From a bacterium (GTDB taxonomy: Bacteria; Vulcanimicrobiota; Xenobia; Xenobiales; Xenobiaceae), in contig JALHDH010000003.1 of NCBI GenBank assembly GCA_022839105.1, positions 66 through 64,065 of the forward strand: a stretch of DNA of 64,000 bases. The letters are read 5' to 3'. The notes below the pieces were generated by a model that worked only from the letters and a program-made list of their open reading frames with translations, did no database searches and was not told the origin of the DNA. This document shows, in pieces, positions 1-8,755 of the stretch (positions are counted from its first letter, which is position 1; every line of letters starts with the position of its first letter). Position numbers and translations under genes: made by a program.

Positions 1-103
1 TAAGGCAGGCAGGACCGACCCCGGAATCCTGCAATCCGGGCCCAGACGATCCGCCGACGGGCCGAACGGCCCGGATATCCACATCCTGCCCCTCCCCGGT
101 CGG

Positions 104-128
104 CTCGAGGCGCTTTCGGCGCCTCGAG
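104..128 (+). terminator. GC-rich hairpin, possible terminator of the upstream off-window gene
   Basis: Perfect 10-bp stem CTCGAGGCGC (104-113) / GCGCCTCGAG (119-128) with 5-nt loop TTTCG. It is not followed by a T-run, so function is uncertain. Confidence 0.3.
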
Positions 129-134
129 GGGCGT

Positions 135-143
135 TGCTATAAT
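135..143 (+). promoter_or_regulatory. Extended -10 promoter element TGCTATAAT
   Basis: TG-n-TATAAT (consensus -10) in intergenic DNA, 10 nt upstream of the TTG start at 153. The same TGCTAnAnT pattern recurs at 13861 and 49372. Confidence 0.45.
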
Positions 144-152
144 GAGGCCAGC

Positions 153-2402
153 TTGAGAAACGATCTTGCCATCCGCCGCCTGGAAAGGGCGCTCGTCGAG
201 CGTCCCGAGGACGCCTTGCTCCATTTCGAGCTCGGCCGCGTCTACCTGGATCAGGGGGACCACCCCGACGCGCTTCGCTTCTTCGAGAAGGCGGCTTCGC
301 TGGATCCTCATCTCACCCGCGCCCACTATTGTTGCGGACTGGCCTATACCTTCATGGGAAGCCTGGACCTGGCCGTCCGCGAGTGGCAGAAGATGGTGGA
401 CCCCGATGGAGATCTGGATCTGGAGGGGGCCACCGGGGCCCGCCCAGGCCAGGTCGGGGCGGCGCTCAAGGCCTGGGAGCATCATCGCCTGACTGCCCGG
501 GACAGCATCTTCAAGTCCTATCATATCGGGTTGGCCTTCCTGGTCCTGGGCCGGCCTCAGGAGGCTCTGGCCCACTTCGACCAGGTCATGGCCATCAATT
601 CTTCCTTCGAGAAGGCACGCTACTATCGAGGCCTGGTCTTGTTGAAGCTGGGGCGCCCCCTGGAGGCCGCCGACGAGTTCATGCGCTCGGCCGAGGGGCG
701 CGCTCGCGATCCCCAGGCCTGGTTCCAGGCCGGTTCGGCCCTGTTGGAGGCGGGGCGTGCCGCCCAGGCGATGAGTGCGCTGCAGCGGGCCATCCAGGAA
801 GGCCCGGGTCACGTCAAAGCATGTTGTCGCCTGGCTCAGGCCCTGGCCGACTCCTTCCAGGTGGAGCCGGCGCTGCGATTGTTGGAACAGGCGCTTGAGG
901 TTCGACCCGGGTTCGCCGAGGCCCATTTCCTGAGGGCCCGCTGTCTTGAAAAGCAGTACGCCATGGAGGCGGCGGCCGACTCCTATCGGCGGGCAGTCGA
1001 ACTCCGGCCCGACTTCAGGGAGGCGCACTTCCACCTGGGTCTCCTGTACAAGACCCTTGGCCGCCATGAACAGGCACTGGAACATCTGCGGACCTGCGTC
1101 GCCCTGGATGCCGGGGAGGCCGAGCCCTACTACTATATCGGCTCGGTCCTGGCCGCCCTGGGACGCCACGAGGAGGCGACGGCGGAGTTCCGGCGCGCCG
1201 TGTCCTTGAGCCCTCGCCACGCCTATGCCCACTACGCCTTGGGGCAGTCGTGCATGCAACTGGGGCTTTTCGCCCAGGCCGTCGAGGCCTTCGAGTGCGC
1301 CCTGGAACTCAATCCTCGCGACGTTCAGGCCCGCTCGGCCCTGGGGATCGCGCTCTTCAACCTGGACAGGCTCAGCCAGGCCATTCGCGAGTTCGGTCTG
1401 ATTCTGCAGGAGAATCCGCGCGATGCCGAGGCCCACTACTTCATGGGGGCCGCCTGGTTCAAGCTGGGGAACCTCGAGGAGGCGATCGCGGAGTATCAGT
1501 TGGCCTCCAACGTCGACCCTGCAAGCCCTCTGGGCCGCTTCAGCAAAGGGGCGGCCTGTTCGCGGGCGGGAGACTACGCCCGGGCCCTGGAGGAGTTCCA
1601 GTCGGCGGCCCAGGTTCGGCCGGGCTCGGAATCCGACCTCGGTGTCTACGCGACGATGCAGCTCCTGGCCAGCATCGGGATCGAGCACGCCCGTCAGGGC
1701 GCCCGCCTGCAGCAGTACGCCGAGAATCTCGAGGAGGTGTACCTTCAGTTCGTGCAGGCCCTCTCCAGCTTCCTGGACGCCCGGGACCGCTATACCCGCT
1801 ACCACTCGCGCCGGGTGGCGACCATCGGGACCTGCCTGGCCCGGGCCCTGGGGCTTTCCGAGGAGCAGGTCAAGGCGGTGCGGGTCGGTGGCCATCTGCA
1901 CGATATCGGCAAGATCGGCATTCCGGACGAGATCCTGCGCAAGGTCGGCGAATTGACGCAGGCCGAGCGGGACCTGATCCAGACCCATCCCCAGATCGGG
2001 GCCGATCGCCTGGCGGGGGTCCCCTTCCCCTGGGAGATCCTGCCCATCATCCGCCATCACCACGAGCGCTGGGACGGTTCGGGCTACCCGGATGGGCTGC
2101 GCGGCGAGGCGATCCCCTTGGGGGCCCAGATCGTGGGACTGGCGGACTTCTACGATGCCTTGACGACCCATCGGCCCTATCGCAGGGCACTGACGCCCCA
2201 CCAGGCGCTGGTGGAGCTCAATCGGACCCGTGGGATTCTCTTCAATCCGGAGGTGGTGTCCGCCTTCGAAGGGATTCTCGACGATCTGCTCCTGATGCTC
2301 CCGGCACCGGCGGACCTGGATGAGGGCGGAGAATACCTCCTGCCGGAGTCCGGCTCCATGGAGGGCCTGATCCTGCCGCCCTCGTGGCGTCCTTCTTCTT
2401 GA
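153..2402 (+). CDS. TPR-repeat protein with C-terminal HD-GYP domain (putative c-di-GMP phosphodiesterase)
   Basis: 749-codon ORF with a TTG start preceded by GAGG. About 520 aa of 34-residue TPR-like repeats (e.g. AHFHLGLLYKTLGRHEQALEHLRTCVALD). The C-terminus has HLHDIGKIGIPDEIL and HHERWDGSGYPDGL, the HD and GYP signatures. Confidence 0.85.
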   Translation: MRNDLAIRRLERALVERPEDALLHFELGRVYLDQGDHPDALRFFEKAASLDPHLTRAHYCCGLAYTFMGSLDLAVREWQKMVDPDGDLDLEGATGARPGQVGAALKAWEHHRLTARDSIFKSYHIGLAFLVLGRPQEALAHFDQVMAINSSFEKARYYRGLVLLKLGRPLEAADEFMRSAEGRARDPQAWFQAGSALLEAGRAAQAMSALQRAIQEGPGHVKACCRLAQALADSFQVEPALRLLEQALEVRPGFAEAHFLRARCLEKQYAMEAAADSYRRAVELRPDFREAHFHLGLLYKTLGRHEQALEHLRTCVALDAGEAEPYYYIGSVLAALGRHEEATAEFRRAVSLSPRHAYAHYALGQSCMQLGLFAQAVEAFECALELNPRDVQARSALGIALFNLDRLSQAIREFGLILQENPRDAEAHYFMGAAWFKLGNLEEAIAEYQLASNVDPASPLGRFSKGAACSRAGDYARALEEFQSAAQVRPGSESDLGVYATMQLLASIGIEHARQGARLQQYAENLEEVYLQFVQALSSFLDARDRYTRYHSRRVATIGTCLARALGLSEEQVKAVRVGGHLHDIGKIGIPDEILRKVGELTQAERDLIQTHPQIGADRLAGVPFPWEILPIIRHHHERWDGSGYPDGLRGEAIPLGAQIVGLADFYDALTTHRPYRRALTPHQALVELNRTRGILFNPEVVSAFEGILDDLLLMLPAPADLDEGGEYLLPESGSMEGLILPPSWRPSS

Positions 2403-2572
2403 GGATGGCCTGGATTTCTCGGATGCCACGGCACAAGCGGCCGACTTCCTGAGGACCCGAGGGCCGGACAGAGGACAACCACCCAGGGAGGGGAACTTCT
2501 CAGGACGCGTGGTGTGACCAGCTTTCTCCTTGAGAAAGGTGCAGTGGGGGCACGAAATCGGGAGGTCTACGC

Positions 2573-5500
2573 ATGCGTGCTTCGATGCTCCGATCCACCC
2601 TTTCGGGTCGGTGGGTCCCCCTGTGGCTGACACTCCTCTTCCTGCTCCTGGCCGCAACCATCCCCCTCAAGAGCGTCGGGAATCCCGGAGCAGGGGAGGA
2701 CCCCTCCTATCGCCCCGGCGCGGACGACCCGGTCACGAATCCCTCGCGTTACTACTTCTTCCCCGACGACGAGCTGCTTGCCTCGGTCGTCGTCGGGGCC
2801 GCCGAGTCGTCCACTCTCCATTCGAACTGGAACGGCCCCGTCCAGCCGGATTCCATCTCCTCCTGGCAGCCCGAGGTCAGCCAGACCTCCCAGCAGCCCG
2901 GCCTGGATACGAAGATCACGAACTCCAGCCTGATCCCTTCGGCCATGGCGAGCGGGCGGGTTCTCGATCCCTCCAAGGCTGATGACACCGTGCTGGCGTA
3001 CTACACCGTGGACGAAGCGACCCCGCGGGTGGGCTATACGGTGGTGCTGAACCCCGACACCCCGGGCGCGGTGCGGAAGACCTTCTCTCCGGGGGCCAAC
3101 CGGGCCACCGACACCTACTTCCTCCACATCGACGTCGCCGTGGCGGACGTCGACCGCGCGGGTGACGAGAACGGGGTGTTCCACGACGAGATCGTGGTCG
3201 CCTCGCGGACGGCCGCGGCGGATGGCTCCTGGCAGCTCACGGTCACGGTGCTCGACCGGCAGTTGAACGAGGTCGCCTCTGCCACCTCCGGGGTCCCGCT
3301 TCCGGCCGGCGAGGTGGTCTGGACCACGTTCGCCCTCACCACAGGGGACTTCAACAACGATGGGCGCTCCGAGATCTGCGTCGTCCAGGACGCCTGTACG
3401 CCGGGGGCCAACCGCCAGAATGCGGTCACGACCTTTGCCCTGGTGGACGCGACCCTCCAGAAGAGGGATACCTTGATCACGGCTGGCGTCGGGGGGCTCG
3501 GTCCTCTGTTCCAGGCGGTGCCCGGCAAGTACGACATCGTCGCCGGCGACTTCGACGGGAACGGCACCGACGAGATCGCCTTGTCGAGCGCGGTGAACTC
3601 AAACTACGCTGCGATCCTGCAAGTCCTCTCGACGGATGCGGACTGCACCCTGGCGCTGCGCTCCTCAACCTCCACGCCCCTGGGGGCGGATTACGTGCCC
3701 CTTGTCACCGGTCTCTTCCACTACGATCCGAACAAGGGCTACAGCACCGCCCGGAAGCAGTTGGCAACCGCCATCGCAAACGGTCTGGATGAACCCGTCA
3801 AGGTCACGCTGTATGACCTGGACTCGACCATGAAGCTGGTGGCGAGAGGCACCGCGGACGTGGTCAGCCCTCAGGAATACGTCGATTCGCTGATCGGCAG
3901 GCCGCACCTGGTGGCGGGGAGCTTTCTCGGGTTGGAGGCGCCCAACCCCCACGACGATCTGGCGGTCTCGTTCGTGTCCTACAGCATCTATCAACCGGCT
4001 CCGCCGACCGTGGCGCCCAAGTTCGGGGTGCTCCAGGTGAACGACGACATGACCCTGTCGCTCCAGGGGATCTGGTATTTCGACGGCACCCCGTCGGATG
4101 CCACCAACCACAGCACCGTCAACATCGAGAGCGACGCGATGGTGGATCTGGCCTTGCTGGCAGCGGACCGGACCGGCGACGGTTTCTATCTGGGCGCACC
4201 GGTCCACATCGAGATGGACCAGGATATCCGGACCGACTACGTCATCCAGGAACCGCCCAAGCACATCGACTATCTGCCGAACGAGAGGGGCGAGTGGGAA
4301 CAGGTGAACGTCTCGCGGAAGGCCGACTTCTACGCGGAACTCTCCGACGATCAAGAGGCCACCCTGAAGACCACCCAGAAGGACGAGACGGACGTCGACT
4401 ACGGCCAGGACAGCTCCCAGACGGCCTCGGAGACCCTGAAGATCGGCGGCCGGATCAAGAAGATCGCGGCCGGCTTCGAGCAGGACTTCAAGTACGTCAA
4501 CAAGACGACCTACGACTTCGAATCCGTCACATCCCTGGACACCGACCACTACGTGTCTCAGCAGTTCTCCTACGAGGACAGGACGGCCGAGGATGACTTC
4601 GTCCGGGCCAACGTGAAGGTCCTGGACATCTGGAGGTATCCCGTGTATGGCGCCACGGATGGCACGAACCAGGGATACTACGAAGTGGTCATGCCCGGCC
4701 CTTCGCAGGTCCTCAAGGAGGGCCCGGGAACGGGGCTGGAGTGGTATCAGCCCGTCCAGGAGAACGGGAACATCCTGTCCTATCCCGCCTTGAGCGATAC
4801 GAACGTCATGCCCGACCAGGGCACGTTCCTCTACAATGGCCAGGAGTTCACCGAGCCTTTGTCCGAGAACGCCGAGATCGTCCTTGGCGGAACCGAGATC
4901 AACAAGACGCTGAAGTGGACCAATGAGACCGGCCAGTCCTCAGAGGTCTCCTACAAGACCACCTCGACCAACAGTCAGGACGTGAAGGTGGGGGTGAAGG
5001 CGAAGGGCCACTACAAGGTCGTGGAGGCCGAACTCGGGCTGGATCTGGACTGGAGCTGGCACGAATCCGACAGCACCTCGACCTCCTCGACCAGCACGAA
5101 CACCAATTCCCAGACCCGGGGCATCACCGTCCACGCCCTGGCCGGGATGGACGCGAACCGGATGTACAGCTTCAAGCCCATCGTGTACATCACCCAGGAC
5201 GGAACCTTCAAGCTGGCTCACACGGTCGACCCGCTGGGAAGCGCGCAGGGAGCGGCCTGGTGGCTCAAGACCTATGCGGGTCGCCCGGACCCGGCCCTGA
5301 ACCTGCCCACCAAGTTCCTGTATGAGGAGCGCTTCCAATACTGGCAGCCGAACGAGACGCGACAGGACCGGACCCGGATGCGGGGCCTGTTCCTCATGAA
5401 GCAGTATGCTGCGACGGAGGACCAGCGGGAGTATCTGGCCACCGCGCCCGTGGCCGGCGAGAAGATCTGCGTCCTGGCGCGTCTCAACAACTACAGCCTG

Positions 5501-6583
5501 GACACGAACACGGGACCCTTCAACGTCCGCTTCTCCTACATGAAGTTCAATCCCGCCCTGGGAGACGAGGACCCCGAGCCTCACCTGACCGATATCGGCA
5601 CCTTCCGCATCGACAACGTGGCGCCCCGTCAGCCCGCCGAGGCCTGGGTGACCTGGGACACCACCGGGTTGGGAGGCACGACGCCTGGGACCTCGCAGAG
5701 CTACGTCCTCTACGTCACCCTGGACCCGGACCACGAAGTCGCCGATCAGATTCACGGGATCAATGATCCGGACGGGGACCTCGGCGGGAACGACCAGGGC
5801 TACTATCCCTGGGACAACTCCCTGCGCATCTTCTCGCCGGCTCCCGAGCCACCGGCCAGGGGCGGAGAAGCCCAGGCCCTGAAGTCGCGGGTCGCGGCCA
5901 ACAACGTCTCGGTTGCGCCTGGCCTGCGTCTTTTCCACCGCCGCGCCGGGTTTTTCACTCGCGCGGTGCCGCAGAACAACTTCCTCATCCTGGCCGGGAT
6001 CCACTCCGACCGGGCCGACCGGAGTCATCGCTTCGTCTCCTGCCGGGTGGATGGGAAGCTCATCTCCTCCAAGACCGCCCACGGCCTGGACGCTGGGATG
6101 AACTACTTCTACTTCCCCTGGCGTCCCACCGACACGGAAGGCCACCAGGTCACGGTGCGGGTTGAGGAGGGCCTGGACGACGGGAACCCGGGAGACAACG
6201 AGGTCACCGAGGAGATCCTGGCGGCCTCGACGGCGTCGGGAAGCCTCGGAGAACTCGGCTCACCCGGATTCTGTTTCGTCGCCACGGCGGCCTACGGGTC
6301 ATACCAGGAACCCCACGTCCAGGTCCTCAAGCAGTTCCGGGATCGGTGCCTCGCGACGAATGCCCCGGGGCGTCTCGCCACGGAACTGTATTATCGCCTC
6401 AGCCCACCCCTGGCCCGTTTCATCGCCGCGCGCCCCTGGGCCCAAAGTGCAGCTCGGGTCGTCCTGTTGCCGGCCTACGCCGTGGCCTGGCTGGGTCTGC
6501 GCGGGCTGCTCTGGCTCGTCCCGACGGCCGTGCTGGCGGTGCTGCTCGGGGCAGCCCGGCGAAGACGCCAAAGGGCGCGTTGA
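2573..6583 (+). CDS. Large secreted/surface protein with FG-GAP (VCBS-like) repeats and a C-terminal CF..ATAAYGS membrane-anchor module
   Basis: ATG preceded by GGGAGG. N-terminal signal/anchor WVPLWLTLLFLLLAATIPL. FG-GAP-type motifs GDFNNDGRSEICVV and VAGDFDGNGTDEIALS. C-terminal GFCFVATAAYGSYQEPHVQVLKQFRDRCL followed by two hydrophobic helices and RRRRQRAR. Confidence 0.8.
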   Translation: MRASMLRSTLSGRWVPLWLTLLFLLLAATIPLKSVGNPGAGEDPSYRPGADDPVTNPSRYYFFPDDELLASVVVGAAESSTLHSNWNGPVQPDSISSWQPEVSQTSQQPGLDTKITNSSLIPSAMASGRVLDPSKADDTVLAYYTVDEATPRVGYTVVLNPDTPGAVRKTFSPGANRATDTYFLHIDVAVADVDRAGDENGVFHDEIVVASRTAAADGSWQLTVTVLDRQLNEVASATSGVPLPAGEVVWTTFALTTGDFNNDGRSEICVVQDACTPGANRQNAVTTFALVDATLQKRDTLITAGVGGLGPLFQAVPGKYDIVAGDFDGNGTDEIALSSAVNSNYAAILQVLSTDADCTLALRSSTSTPLGADYVPLVTGLFHYDPNKGYSTARKQLATAIANGLDEPVKVTLYDLDSTMKLVARGTADVVSPQEYVDSLIGRPHLVAGSFLGLEAPNPHDDLAVSFVSYSIYQPAPPTVAPKFGVLQVNDDMTLSLQGIWYFDGTPSDATNHSTVNIESDAMVDLALLAADRTGDGFYLGAPVHIEMDQDIRTDYVIQEPPKHIDYLPNERGEWEQVNVSRKADFYAELSDDQEATLKTTQKDETDVDYGQDSSQTASETLKIGGRIKKIAAGFEQDFKYVNKTTYDFESVTSLDTDHYVSQQFSYEDRTAEDDFVRANVKVLDIWRYPVYGATDGTNQGYYEVVMPGPSQVLKEGPGTGLEWYQPVQENGNILSYPALSDTNVMPDQGTFLYNGQEFTEPLSENAEIVLGGTEINKTLKWTNETGQSSEVSYKTTSTNSQDVKVGVKAKGHYKVVEAELGLDLDWSWHESDSTSTSSTSTNTNSQTRGITVHALAGMDANRMYSFKPIVYITQDGTFKLAHTVDPLGSAQGAAWWLKTYAGRPDPALNLPTKFLYEERFQYWQPNETRQDRTRMRGLFLMKQYAATEDQREYLATAPVAGEKICVLARLNNYSLDTNTGPFNVRFSYMKFNPALGDEDPEPHLTDIGTFRIDNVAPRQPAEAWVTWDTTGLGGTTPGTSQSYVLYVTLDPDHEVADQIHGINDPDGDLGGNDQGYYPWDNSLRIFSPAPEPPARGGEAQALKSRVAANNVSVAPGLRLFHRRAGFFTRAVPQNNFLILAGIHSDRADRSHRFVSCRVDGKLISSKTAHGLDAGMNYFYFPWRPTDTEGHQVTVRVEEGLDDGNPGDNEVTEEILAASTASGSLGELGSPGFCFVATAAYGSYQEPHVQVLKQFRDRCLATNAPGRLATELYYRLSPPLARFIAARPWAQSAARVVLLPAYAVAWLGLRGLLWLVPTAVLAVLLGAARRRRQRAR

Positions 6584-6760
6584 AGGGGGGCTTCCGGGAG
6601 GCGGCTCCCAGGATGGGACGCCTCCTGGGGCCCTCCCCGGGGCTCTCCTTGCCCTGAAGTTTGCAGGATTGGCCCTGGTGGGGGCCAATTCTGCATTTTC
6701 ACGGCACCGGGAGGTGTCCACAGACTTTCGGCCCCCCGGGGGTCGCGGACGGAGGGGTTC

Positions 6761-8476
6761 ATGCGCGTCTTCCAGGTCCTCCTGGTGGCCATCCTCTTGG
6801 GGGTGACCTTCCGTGCTGCATCCGCCGCCGATTTCCAGGAGGTGGAACTCCTGGGCCAGGTCTTCCGTCCCGGGGTGGTGCAGGTCGAGGGAAGGCCCTT
6901 CTGGAACCTCGCGGATCCGGAGGTGCAACGCCTGGTGGCCCGGACCACCACCCGGATGAGCTGGTCTTCCGATCAGGCGACCCTGTTCTTCACCGGACCG
7001 GTTCGGGAGACCCGTTGGAAGCCGGGCGCTTCCAGGGTCCATGTGGACGGGGCCGAGGAATCCACGCCGGGTCGGCTTCTGGCTCAGGGGAAGGCGGCCC
7101 TGATGGAGCCCGAGGCGCTCCTCTTCGCCCTGGCCCTCAAACCCCAGCCCCGGAGCTCCGGGCTCCTGGCCCTCCCGTTGGTCGCCGCCCCACGCCTGGA
7201 GACGGTCTCGGGACAGCGCGCCCTGCGGATTCCGCTGGCCAGCGCCTTGCGTGTCCAGAGCACCCGGCCCGGCCCGGACACTCTTCGTCTCCGCTTCCCC
7301 GGTTGCGCCTGGCAGGAATCCGGGCAGATCCTGGTCCGCGACGATGTGCAGATCTCGGTTTCCGAGCGGGAAGGGGTCGTGATGGATCTGCGCTTCCCCG
7401 CCAACTGGCAGGGCGAACTGAGGTCGGGGCGGGGGCTCACCGAGGTCCTGGTGGGTTGGCGGCCCACCTTCAGCCTGGCTCAGTCCCCTCGGGAGGTCCT
7501 GGCCCTGGGTCCGCTCCCCGAGTCCTTGGCTTCCGGGGTCCAGATCCGAGCCGAGGGCCCCTTTGAGTATCACTGGAACTATGACCGCGCCGAGCGTCGC
7601 CTGACGGTGGACCTGCCCGGCTTGAGGGCGTCTTCACCCCTGCCTGGGCAGCAGGCTGCCCTGGGGGGCTGGGAATCCTTCGGGTTCCGGGCCATCGGCA
7701 CATCCGAGCAGCCGATCCTGCGCTTCGAAGGGCAACTGGCAGCCGGTCAGGTCTGGGAGTTCGCGGAGCTCGATTCCGCCCCCGGGGCACTCTTCCTGAA
7801 AGCCGTCCCCGGTTCCCAGGTGGCGGCCTCTGCGGCCAGGGGCTCGGCCGCGACGGCAGGTTTTGCCTCCTCGCGAGGCCTGATCGTCCTGGACCCCGGG
7901 CACGGCGGCGGGGATCCGGGTTGCGTCAATCGCTCGCTGGGGCTCCTGGAGAAGGACATCACCCTGGACGTCGCCCTTCGCCTTCGCGATCTCCTGGTCG
8001 AGGAGGGCTGGACGGTGATCCTGACCCGGGAAGAGGACCGCGACGTCAGTTGGCGGGGGTCACCCGATCGGGTCGAGTTGCAGGCTCGCTGCGATGTCGC
8101 CAACCAGGCCGGGGCCGACTACTTCATCAGCCTGCACTGCAACGCCAGCGTCACACCCAGTCGAGCCGGCAGCTCCATCCACTGGTTCAAGCAATCGGAT
8201 CTGCCCTTGGCCCGCAGCCTGGAGACAGCCCTCGGCGAGAGGCTGGGGCTGGGTCAGGATGGCCTGCGACGCGATGGCTTCTACGTGCTTCGGCACACGG
8301 ACATGCCCGCGGTCCTGGTCGAGATGGCCTTCCTCAGCAACCCTCGGGAGGGAGCCTTGCTGGGAGATGCCGGGTTCCGTGCGCGCATCGCCCGGGGGCT
8401 GGCAGGCGCCCTGGAGGAGTTCGCCACCGGGCGCTACGCCCAAGGGGCGGAACTGCCCGGGGGGGCTGCTCGCTAG
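6761..8476 (+). CDS. N-acetylmuramoyl-L-alanine amidase (Amidase_3 family) with a long N-terminal domain
   Basis: Signal peptide MRVFQVLLVAILLGVTFRAASA. C-terminal catalytic motifs LIVLDPGHGGGDPG, EKDITLDVALRL, ADYFISLHCNAS and GFYVLRHTDMPAVLVEMAFLSNP. GGAGGGG lies before the ATG. Confidence 0.9.
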   Translation: MRVFQVLLVAILLGVTFRAASAADFQEVELLGQVFRPGVVQVEGRPFWNLADPEVQRLVARTTTRMSWSSDQATLFFTGPVRETRWKPGASRVHVDGAEESTPGRLLAQGKAALMEPEALLFALALKPQPRSSGLLALPLVAAPRLETVSGQRALRIPLASALRVQSTRPGPDTLRLRFPGCAWQESGQILVRDDVQISVSEREGVVMDLRFPANWQGELRSGRGLTEVLVGWRPTFSLAQSPREVLALGPLPESLASGVQIRAEGPFEYHWNYDRAERRLTVDLPGLRASSPLPGQQAALGGWESFGFRAIGTSEQPILRFEGQLAAGQVWEFAELDSAPGALFLKAVPGSQVAASAARGSAATAGFASSRGLIVLDPGHGGGDPGCVNRSLGLLEKDITLDVALRLRDLLVEEGWTVILTREEDRDVSWRGSPDRVELQARCDVANQAGADYFISLHCNASVTPSRAGSSIHWFKQSDLPLARSLETALGERLGLGQDGLRRDGFYVLRHTDMPAVLVEMAFLSNPREGALLGDAGFRARIARGLAGALEEFATGRYAQGAELPGGAAR

Positions 8477-8477
8477 G

Positions 8478-8696
8478 CTAGAGATCCGGTCCGGCCTCGG
8501 GCTCGGGGGTGACCGGGCCCAGGCTGGGTTCCCTGCGGGTCTGGTTGGAGCGGGCCTCGTCGCGGGCCTTCTCCAGATCCTCCCGGCCCTGGCGGTAGCG
8601 GCGGCGCAGTCCGCCTGCGGCCCAGAACACCAGGGAGAGGGCGGCCAGGATGGCCAGGGTGGGCAGGGCCCAGGGGGGCAGATCTTCGAGTGTCAC
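8478..8696 (-). CDS. Small single-pass membrane protein (hypothetical)
   Basis: 72-codon ORF with a GTG start and GC3-rich codons. One TM (PPWALPTLAILAALSLVFWAAGG) followed by a charged tail. No homology recognised. Confidence 0.4.
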   Translation of the reverse strand: MTLEDLPPWALPTLAILAALSLVFWAAGGLRRRYRQGREDLEKARDEARSNQTRREPSLGPVTPEPEAGPDL

Positions 8697-8755
8697 AGCC
8701 CTGGCATTGTATCATATTGCAGGGGCGTGCCGCGCGCCCCGAGAACCCTTCCGGG

